Shown: positions 53,717 through 64,000 of the stretch, piece by piece
Layout of the letters: each line of letters opens with the position of its first letter
How positions within the stretch are numbered: the stretch's first letter is position 1
Assembly (NCBI GenBank): GCA_964016885.1
Contig: CAXHJY010000114.1
Coordinates: 118,073 to 182,072 of the forward strand
DNA from: Eledone cirrhosa
Lineage: Eukaryota
Direction: 5' to 3'
DNA length: 64,000 nt
Notes under the pieces: model-generated
Told to the model about the DNA's origin: nothing
The model's database searches: none
Seen by the model: only the letters and a program-made list of their open reading frames with translations
Made by a program: the position numbers and the translations under genes

Positions 53717-56700
53717 AGAGTTGCATTTATCTTGCTTTATGTTCATACGAGTTATCACCAAGTCACAACCAGTGACCTCAAGAGACAACAAGGTCGGCCA
53801 TGTTTAAGAAAGAACATACATACTCACACATGCATCTTTAGTGTTTATACTTGTTATGTACTTATATTGACAGAATCTTCCTTAGTATATGGGCAGTTCC
53901 CATTAGTACTATCTTTTGTATTTCTCCTATACGCGGGTTTCCTGGGATTTGCGATAAGTAATCATTAGACCCCTTAGGTATCATTCCTAGAGCGCCTACA
54001 ACCACTGGTATTGTTTTAGTTCTCAATTTCCACATTTTTTCAATTTCTATCTCCAGGTCCTTATACTTGCTCAATTTTTCAAATGTTTTTATAGATACAT
54101 TCTTATCTATTGGAACGGACATATCAATTAGCAGGCATACCCTCTTTTTAAAGTCCTTCAGTATTATATCAGGTCTATTTGCATCTTATTTTTCGGTCTG
54201 TTTGGATGCTAAAGTTCCACAAGATTGAGATGTGATCTTTTTCAAGTATGGGAGGTGGTTGATGCTCCCACCAATTCTTTTGATGGGGCAGGTCAAAATG
54301 CTTACACATTATCCAATGTATGTATTGTGCAGCTCTGTCATGCCTGTTTAGGTATTCGGTTGGAGCTATAGGACTGCACATTGAAATTATATGGTCAATG
54401 GTCTCTGGTTGTTTTTTGCATACACGGCATAATGGGCTGCATCCATTTTTTATTATGTTGGCTTGGTAATTTTTTGTTGGTAGACACTGATCTTGTGCCG
54501 ATATAATCAGTCCTTCAGTCTCCGATTTCAGTCCAGAAGATGCCAACCACTGATGGGTTAAAGTTTTGTCAACATCGGGATTGTTAGCTCGTTCTGGGTA
54601 TTTTCCATACAGAAGCTTTTCTTGCCATTTCTTAGCCAGTTTCTGTAGCAGTTCTTTCTTTGCAGTTACTTTTACCTGCTTTGCTTTTTCTGTGTTTTCC
54701 ATTTCAGCAGTAAATGGGACTTCTGAAATTTGTAGTCCATTACTGTATCTTTGTGCATCTTTTGTAATGGAATATGATCTTTTGGTACTTTCGTGTTTCA
54801 AAATGTGATTCCCTTAGATATGTGGATAATCCAATTGTTGCAGTTTTCAACGCAATGTCTAACTGGATTAACCCACGTCCTCCTTCTTTCCTAGGGAGAT
54901 ATATTCTATCTATGTCTGCCTTAGGGTGATGCATTCTGTGCATGGTTAAGAATTTTCGGATTTTTGTATCGAGCCTACGGATCTCTGTGCTTGACCAGTT
55001 GATGACATTGTAACTGTAGATTACTACTGGTATGGCAAGCGTGTTTATGGCATCGATCCTCTTCCTTGCATTCAATTCCGTTCTTAAGATTTCTCTTACT
55101 CTGCGGTAACATTCCTTCCTTATCCTTTCCCTCATTGTCGAGTGCTTGATTCCGTCTCCTTCACAAACACCTAGATATTTGTAAGTTTCCTCTTGATCAA
55201 GTTCTATTATCACATTCCCTCGATCAAGATTAATGTCTGAAATTTTCAGCAGCTTTCCTCTGGTGAACGTTGCTTTGGCGCATTTATCTAGTCCAAACTC
55301 CATTTTAATGTCATCACTGAACTGCTTCACAGTGGATAATAGCCCTTGCAATTGTTCATCATTTTTTGCAAATAGTTTCAGGTCATCCATGTAGAACAAG
55401 TGCTTAATGGTTTTGTCATAGACTTTATATCCATGTTTTGTTTCATTGAGCATTTTACTTAATGGTATAAGTGCGATGCAGAATAAAAGCGGTGATAAAG
55501 AGTCACCCTGAAAAATTCCACAATTAATATTAACTCCTCCAGCTTCCAGTGATTTTGTTTCACTATTCAAAAGGAGTGTCGTTTTCCATGTCTTCATACT
55601 GAACGACAAAAACCTCCTGACAACGGGAGATATTTTGAAAATCTCTAAACATTTTTCAATCCAACTGTGTGGCAAACTATCGAATGCTTTTTTATAATCT
55701 ATCCAAGCAATTGATAGATTTTTGTGTCTATTATGACAATCTTTCAGTATCATTTTGTTAACCAAAAGCTGATCCTTACAGCCATATGAGCCTCGTTTAC
55801 ACCCTTTCTGTTCAATGGGAAATAGGTCATTTGTTATCAGGTGGTCATATGTATATTCAGTTAGGACTGATGTTAACATTTTATACATTGTGGTCAAGCA
55901 AGTTATCGGTCTGTAATTTTTGGGATTGTTTGTCTCATCATTCTTCGGAAGCAGGAATGTAATGCCGTTAACTAGCCATGATGGTATCTTTCCTTAACTA
56001 TTTCATTGTAAAGTTGGGCTAACTGCTCATGAGACTCTGTGAAGGCATTTATCCAAACATTTTGTATTTTGTCTTTTCCTGGGGATTTCCATTTGCTGGT
56101 TTTTCTAAGAGCCAAACGCAACTGTTCAACTGCTATATTTTCCCATATTTGTTCCTCAAGGTGAGCTGTATCTTTCATTTGTCTGTCTATCCATGGGGCA
56201 TGTATATTATGAACTTTTTCTTCGGCCCAGATCTTTTCCCAGAATTCTTGCACTTCCTCCTTGGGTGGTATTGATTTAGCAGTTATTGTTGACTTACCAA
56301 TTTTTCTGTAGAAGTTTCTTTGGTTGTTTTTGAACATATTATTGTCCTTATAGAATCTAGATCGTTTTTCAAAGCGCCTTATACGAGCAGCTTTGGCCGA
56401 CACGTTTTGCATTATTTCTATCAGCATGTCTATCTCACTTGTTGATTTTATACTGTACTTTCTTTTCAATTTTCTAAGTTTAGTTTGTTTAACATGTTCA
56501 CCTACTTTATAGTGTCTTAAAATTTCTATGTCAGATCGGAGAAGGTTTATTTGGCGATTGATGTTCTCTTGCCAAGTAGATTTCTTGTGGGAATTCCTTT
56601 GTTTTTTCATTTTTACTCCACATAAGTGAGTGGTGACTTTAGCCGATGCATAATAGAGATGATTTAAATCAGTAATGTTTAGTTTGTTTGTGATGATAAT

Positions 56701-58525
56701 GTTTTTGAGAATTATGTTAGTCTTGTGTATTATCTTTTGGTTCTGTTTGGAGTTCTGGATCTTAGGGAGGGTGGCTTGTTGCCCCATGTCAGATTCTTTC
56801 ATTTTCATCCATTCGATCATAATTTCATCCTTCAAGTTGGCAAGTTCATTCTCATTCATTTCTTTATCATTTACGATCTCATTATTTTCATTTTGAGTTT
56901 CATCTTGAGCATGCACTCCCTCCACTTTTTCGATCCTTTCTTTAATTTGTTCTGTTGTCAGTGATTCCGCCCCAACCCTGGGATTCGAAATGTTACAATT
57001 TACCTCGTTTTCACTGACACATATTTCATTTTCCCTTCGCTGACTTTGTGCTAATAGCTTGATCTAATCAATTTCTATATCAGTTAGTAACTTTTTTTTT
57101 ACAATATTTCTTCGTATATTGGCTAGTTTGTTACTGTCAATATAGCCTCTGTTTTCGGGATGTTTCTTTTTCCAGTTGATATATGTCTGTTCTGTATTCG
57201 ATGTATTTGATGGGTAGTACATGGCAGTGTAGAAAGCCTCAAGGACTTCTTTATTATCTTCCCTTAACCATTTTTCTCTCTTTTTCTTTGGATTTCTTGG
57301 TGGTGAGCATGGAGGGCCAACAGTAGGAGTATTCCCGTCATGGGAGGTCTCCAGCTCCGAAGTGATGGGAAGGTTTGAACCATTAGCTGATTTTTCGACC
57401 CCAGTCTGGTTCCTCTCTGAGGGACGCGGCCTTTTTTGACTCGGGTGACGGCCGATCCGGTATGAGATTTTATCATTTGACATTTACTTTATTTTGTCGC
57501 GTTTTATCCTTATCCGCCAAGGGGTAATCATTTCGTGTTACCCACTTCTAGGACGAGTGTCGACCAAGACTAGAGAGGTCGTCCTCCTCTAGAGACACGG
57601 CTATTCCCCGCCGGCCGCCATCCCGGCATTTCTTGGTCACGGGGTTTTCTTTTTTGTTGTTTTTTAAATTGTTATTATCATGAGTGGTTCCTTAATGTGA
57701 GTATTGCGTGGCTTAAGAATGAAATTATTATTAATAATATAATATACTTTTTGCTGAGGTTGCCTGTTATTGTTGTTGGCTATGTCGGTGGTGGTGCTAG
57801 GGCTTTTTCTATTGTTGGTGGGGAAGGCGGGAGCCAGCAGTGCCATAGTCGGTGACGTTTGGCCGGTGGCCGGGTCACTAAGTCAATCTATTTATATCTT
57901 TTGCTAGCCTCTCCCTTGTCTAGTGATACCGCCACCTTCCCCTTTCTTAAGTTAACAGAAGGTAATGGGGGAATAGTGGTGATAGCAATGAAGGAGTGGT
58001 GGCGGCGGTGATGGGATAATGGTAGCAATGATGGGTGGAGTGGTGGCGGCGGTGACTATAGCGATGGCGTTGTCGTTACTGAGTTTTGTTGAATAGACTG
58101 TAGTTTGTTTGATCTGTGTATCATTGCGGTTTGTCGCGTATGTTTAATATATGTGTTGACATATTTTCTTAATATTGGAATTAAACATTTTGTGAAAACT
58201 TGAGACAATAATTGTTTCTACTAATTATTATTATTATTATGCTGGGTGGTGGTGGTGGTGAAATTGCCGTTATATTTAGTGTACACAGAGGGGTGATAGG
58301 ATAGGTGGTGTATCTAGTTTGTGGTGTTAGTGAAATTGCTGTTATTTGGCTGTTCTATATAGTGTAGACAGAGGGGGTTTTTTCTTCCATTTATAACCAT
58401 TTTCGTTTTTGAATATAACATTTAAAATACAAAATTGAATATTTGAGCGATATAACAGGATATTATGGATCCGAATTTTCTGAGAGTTGAGTCTGGTGCT
58501 TTATGTATCATTTGTACTAAGAATT
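53717..58525 (-). mobile_element. R4-clade RLE element, family 2; full-length, disrupted ORF 57483-53862, ~1-kb leader
   Basis: KWLREDN..YF, WKSPGKD, YMDD, CRVC..H..C, RHD, RPDI..ID, EKLSKYKDL and GTAHILRK; (TTA)n on both sides. Confidence 0.9.
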
Positions 58526-58548
58526 GTTATTATTATTATTATTATTAT

Positions 58549-61043
58549 TTGCATTTATCTTGCTTTATGTTCATACGAGTTATCACCAAGTCACAACGAG
58601 TGACCTCAAGAGACAACAAGGTCCGCCATGTTCAAGAAAGAACATACATATTCACACATGCATTCTTAGTGTTTAGACTTGTGATGTACTTATATTGACA
58701 GGATCTTCCTTAGTATATGGGCAGTTCCCATTAGTACTATCTTTTGTATTTCTCCTATACGCGGGTTTCCTGGGATTTGCGATAAGTAGTCGTTAGACTC
58801 CTTAGGTATCATTCCCAGAGCGCCTACAACCACTGGTATTGTTTTAGTTCTCAATTTCCACATTTTTCCAATTTCTATCTCCAGGTCCTTATACTTGCTC
58901 AATTTTTCAAATGTTTTTATAGATACATTCTTGTCTATTGGAACAGACATCAATTAGCAGGCATACCCTCTTTTTAAAGTCCTTCAATGTTATATCAGGT
59001 CTATTTGCATCTATTTTTCGGTCTGTTTGGATGCTAAAGTTCCACAAGATTGAGATGTGATCTTTTTCAAGAATTGGAGGTGGTTGATGCTCCCACCAAT
59101 TCTTTTGATGGGGCAGGTCAAAATGCTTACACATTATCCAATGTATGTATTGTGCAGCTCTGTCATGCCTGTTTAGGTATTCGGTTGGAGCTATAGGACT
59201 GCACATTGAAATTATATGGTCAATGGTCTCTGGTTGTTTTTTGCATACACGGCATAATGGGCTGCACCCATTTTTTATTATGTTGGCTTGGTAATTTTTT
59301 GTTGGTAGACACTGATCTTGTGCCGATATAATCAGTCCTTCAGTCCCCGATTTCAGTCCAGAGGATGCCAACCACTGATGGGTTAAAGTTTTGTCAAAAT
59401 CAGGATTGTTAGCTCGCTCTGGGTATTTTCCATACAGAGGCTTTTCTTGCCATTTCTTAGCCAGTTTCTGTAGCAGTTCTTTCTTTGCAGTTACTTTTAC
59501 CTGCTTTGCTTTTTCTGTGTTTTCCATTTCAGCAGTAAATGGGACTTCTGAAATTTGTAGTCCATTACTGTATCTTTGTGCATCTTTTGTAATGGAATAT
59601 GATCTTTTGGTGCTTTCGTGTTTCAAAATGTGATTCCCTTAGATATGTGGATAATCCAATTGTTGCAGTTTTCAACGCAATGTCTAACTGGATTAAGCCA
59701 CGTCCTCCTTCTTTCCTAGGGAGATATATTCTATCTATGTCTGCCTTAGGGTGATGCATTCTGTGCATGGTTAAGAATTTTCGGATTTTTGTATCGAGCC
59801 TACGAATCTCTGTGCTTGACCAGTTGATGACATTGTAACTGTAGATTACTACTGGTATGGCAAGCGTGTTTATGGCATCGATCCTCTTCCTTGCATTCAA
59901 TTCCGTTCTTAAGATTGCTCTAACTCTGCGGTAACATTCCTTCCTTATCCTTTCCCTCATTGTCGAGTGCTTGATTCCGTCTCCTTCACAAACACCTAGA
60001 TATTTGTAAGTTTTTTCTTGATCAAGCTCTCTCATCACGTTCCCCTGATCAAGATTAATGTCTTCAGCAGCTTTCCTCTGGTGAACGTTGCTTTGGCGCA
60101 TTTATCCAGTCCAAACTCCATTTTAATGTCATCACTGAACTGCTTCACAGTGGATAATAGCCCTTGCAATTGTTCATCATTTTTTGCAAATAGTTTCAGG
60201 TCATCCATGTAGAACAGGTGATTAATGGTTTTGTCATAGACTCTATATCCATGTTTTGTTTCATTGAGCATTTTACTTAATGGTATAAGTGCGATGCAGA
60301 ATAAAAGCGGTGATAAAGAGTCACCCTGAAAAATTCCACAATTAATATTAACTTCTCCAGCTTCCAGTGATTTTGTTTCACTATTCAAAAGGAGTGTCGT
60401 TCTCCATGTCTTCATACTGAATGACAAAAACCTCCTGACAACGGGGGATATTTTGAAAATCTCTAAACATTTTTCAATCCAACTGTGTGGCAAACTATCG
60501 AATGCTTTTTTATAATCTATCCAAGCAATCGATAGATTTTTGTGTCCATTATGACAATCTTCCAGTATCATTTTGTTAACCAGAAGCTGATCCTTACAGC
60601 CATATGAGCCTCGTTTACACCCTTTCTGCTCAATGGGAAATAGGTCATTTGTTATCAGGTGGTCATATGTGTATTCAGTTAGGACTGATGTTAAAATTTT
60701 ATACATTGTGGTCAAGCAGGTTATCGGTCTGTAATTTTTGGGATTGTTTGTCTCATCATTCTTCGGTAGCAGGAATGTAATGCCGTTAACTAGCCATGAT
60801 GGTATCTTTTCTGGCTCTTAACTATTTCATTGTAAAGTTGGGCTAACAGCTCATGAGACTCTGTGAAGGCATTTATCCAAAAGTTTTGTATTTTGTCTTT
60901 TCCTGGGGATTTCCATTTGCTGGTTTTTCTTAGAGCCAAGCGCAACTGTTCAACTGTTATATTTTCCCATGTTTGTTCTTCAAGGTGAGCTGTTTCTTTC
61001 ATTTGTCTGTCTATCCATGGGGCATGTATGTTATGAACTTTTT
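58549..61043 (-). mobile_element. R4-clade family 2, 5'-truncated second copy
   Basis: Closely collinear with ~53720-56220; (TTA)n on both sides. Confidence 0.92.
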
Positions 61044-61072
61044 ATTATTTATTATTATTATTGTTGTTGTTA

Positions 61073-61316
61073 TTCCTTGAATCTCAGTCATTGATGTTGG
61101 TTAACTGGAAAGTCCGTTGGATTGAATATCAAGCCACTACCTGCAGCCTCAGATATTCAGGACGTATTGGAGGGTTCTTGCTGTTCCAAGCAAGCATGCC
61201 TTTTGAAGCGTTCCAAAAAGCGTGAAGGGGCCGATTTTCTTTAACCATCCCTGGAAACTTTTGGAGATAGTCCCCAGTGCGCCTATGACAATCGGGATCA
61301 CTTTGACTTCATGGCA
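61073..61316 (-). mobile_element. R4-clade family 1, 3' fragment
   Basis: Matches 49338-49581; followed by (TTA)n 61317-61338. Confidence 0.9.
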
Positions 61317-62614
61317 TTATTATTATTATTATTATTATCATCAGTAGTAGTAGTTAGAAGTTTCATTCATTACATTCCGTAGCCATCATTTTTTGTCTCT
61401 TCATTATATTTTCTCCATCTCATAAAAGATACATTTCAAATACTTGCTGCTGTTACATTTTCGTTTGTTTGTTTTTTCCTATTTCTCCTAACCTTTCACC
61501 AAAATATCATGTTTTAAATCCATGCAATTGATATTATTAATGCACAGCTTCATTCACCTCTTGGCTTGCTTCCCGTTACTCTTTTAATTCTCTATAATAT
61601 TGACATTAACTTTTTAGATGTGTTTTCAGTTGAATTATTCCACAAACACATTCATATTATTTACATTTTAAAAATTATTTATTGACGCCTAATCTTGCCT
61701 TTTTGTAGCGTCAATTTAAATTTTATTCCCATGCTTTTGTTTGTTTCTCCTCATTCATATAAAGATGGCAATTTATTGAAGTATCGGCGGCTTTCTGATA
61801 GGTTTTCTCATCACCCTACAGTGGTAAGAGTTTCTGGTGTTTTGAGAATCCACATCACCTTCCATGACAACCCACAAGAATATATACTACGGGTTAGATT
61901 TGTTCTTTCATTGGATCTCTTCCTATCCCCTGGGGCAAAACCTTTTCAAATCTGTCCGCTGGATCAATGACACATCATCCACATGAGGTAATGCACTTCA
62001 GAAAAAACAGAAAGGGAAAACGAAAGAACGCAGCAATCTTTCATTGGTTGATTTGCAATTTGTTGTTACTTGAAATTTTAGAATTTTGATTGCCACAGAT
62101 ATTTGAGTATTATAAATTTTCACGGTTTATTAAGAATCATCTGCACATTATCACAATTGCTGGCTGTAAAGAGGACTCTTCAGTTTGACTGAACATATGG
62201 CATCTCATTGGTTGATTCGTGTTGTTAACCCTTAGCATTCAACAAACAATTGGTTACTCTACATGTAATTCTTTAAAACACCCATATACATTTACTCTCC
62301 TTCAAAAGACACACATGCACACCCACACACCCACACACACACATGCACACACACACATATATATATATACACATGTGCACGCACATATACACATGTGTGC
62401 ACACACCACCATATACAGTGCACTATATGCATATATGCAATATCACAGGCACTTTGTGTTAGTTTCTTAGTTTGACTATTTTTACTTTTCTTAATGTTAT
62501 CTTTAAAAACGTGGTACGGCATTTCATTGAACGAGTTTTCATCAGACATCATCGTAGTCATCATTCGACTCATCACAGTCGCCCATCCATTAAGAACCAC
62601 TATCTTAGTTCTAC

Positions 62615-62865
62615 AACTCTGACAGATAGCCACAATCGTTTTTCACCTTCTGGGAGCCATCATCAATATTTGACTATTCTTACAAATAGCCACAATCTTC
62701 CTTCAGCCAGTGGGAACCATCATCTATTTTAAAAGCTCTAACAGACGGCCACAATCCTCCTTCATCCACTGGAGACCATCACCCAATATTTGACAGCACT
62801 AGCAGACGGCCGCAATCCTCCTTCACACACTGGAAACCTTCACCCAACATTTGACAGCTCTAGCT
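62615..62865. repeat. Minisatellite, ~58-60-bp unit, about 4 copies
   Basis: Recurring (g/a)gccacaatc.tccttca..c.ctgg.a.ccatca...atattt. Confidence 0.8.
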
Positions 62866-63461
62866 TCAATTCTCCTCCATCTGTTTCAGCTTTCATAATC
62901 AACTGTGCTCAGATGGTTATAAATGATTACCGATGAGACTTGAATTCCTACGCAGAATTTGAACCCAAAACAATGTATTACAAAGTATTTCATCCGTCGC
63001 TCTAACAATATTCCAGATCTGCCGCCACGAACTAGTACTTTATTTCAATTAGTATGAAGGGAGAAAGTTTAGCTTCGACATGATTTGAATTCTGAACCCT
63101 GAGTGGCAGAACTAACACAATACACTCTAATCGATCTTATAATGATTCTGCCAAATCTACCGAGCAACCTTTTATGAAAACAATCTTTGGTTGGAACAAT
63201 TTCTGTGGAAAAGATTTTCTGTCGAACGTTTAGAAATATTTTCGAAAAGAGATTTTGTCGAACAGTGTCGCTCGACAAACTTTTCTGGCACCTTTTTAAA
63301 GGTCTTTTTTTTTAATCTACTTTTTGTTGAAAAAAGTTACCTGATGAAAAGTTGTGGTCCATTGCAAACGTTACCTGGTTTAACATAACTATCTTGGCCA
63401 TAAATTTCTTTAGTGATGTTCATTCTGTTGCAAGAATTTGGGCCAGGTCTATTGTGTGACC

Positions 63462-63595
63462 CTTAATGGCACCCCTCATGCAATCTGTGAGGTGTGACAA
63501 TAATTTCCGCACTTAATATCACCCGTCATGCAATCTGTGAGGTGTGAGAAGTAACTTCTAACCCTAATACCACCCGTCTGGTAGTCTCTGAGGCG
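63462..63595. repeat. Minisatellite, ~50-bp unit, about 2.5-3 copies
   Basis: Recurring c.taat..cacccgtcatgcaatctgtgaggtgtga. Confidence 0.75.
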
Positions 63596-64000
63596 TTTTA
63601 GACAAGCATGAGCCCGCACTTCTTTGTAAATCATCAAAACAAAACTACAAAGCTGCTAGTTGCAAACCAGAGATTATTATGCTCAATGTGCTCTCAGATG
63701 GGGAGGAGGGGGATGAATGAGGTCAGAGAGAGGTTTCCAACAATCGATTCATATCCTTTCTCCTGATTCTACTTGTTCAATTCCTATAGGTGGCGTTTTA
63801 TGACAGTATAATTTCCATGTTGTCAGCTTTTCTAGCAAACTTTCCTTTGAAGCAACAATGTAAACTTATATTCTTTAATGTAATCCATGAAATAATTATA
63901 ACAGATATTTTTCTGTTTTTTTTTTTTTGGGGGGGGGGGGATCTTGATATTTTAGTTGATTTATTGTTTTGTTCTGAATCTGAACTCCATTGATCTTATT

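Noticed and set aside
57495-57600. HDV-like or twister ribozyme assignment for the R4 leader
   Set aside because: Some motifs resemble them (TGGGTAACA..GGCGGAT; TAACAC..ATAAAA), but the required P2/P3/L3 or P1/P2 pairings could not be formed.
61695-61990. Possible host exon
   Set aside because: No recognisable domain or clear splice boundaries, and stops in the more plausible frames.
62615-63595. CRISPR-like or coding repeats
   Set aside because: These are degenerate tandem units without unique spacers, in a eukaryotic context, with no maintained frame; ordinary minisatellites.

Overview
This is AT-rich, microsatellite-laden animal DNA; the SINE and microsatellite make-up suggests an octopod cephalopod (inference only). 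I found no host protein-coding gene. The window is almost entirely retroelements sorted by microsatellite target. (1) At 1-7.3 kb, two head-to-tail Tx1-clade LINEs sit in (TATC)n, and one is full-length with intact ORF1 and ORF2. (2) At 7.5-34 kb there are tRNA-derived SINEs, RTE and CRE fragments, and many Penelope-like pLTR remnants in (TA)n carrying at least five distinct hammerhead-ribozyme (HHR) families, several with fold-back palindromes. A near-complete Naiad-type Penelope element (RT plus GIY-YIG) lies at 25.5-29.5 kb. (3) At 34.2-61.3 kb is a 27-kb pile-up in (TTA)n that begins at a SINE tail: every Tx1 copy (APE endonuclease) is on +, and every R4/Dong-like copy (RLE endonuclease) is on -. 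The most notable observations are a SINE whose 3' end mimics the (TTA)-targeting Tx1, splice signals and RNA hairpins conserved across divergent Tx1 families, a multi-pseudoknot 5' leader plus a conserved upstream region in the R4-like elements, and HHR-centred fold-back inversions. All calls come from reading the sequence by eye; no database searches were run.
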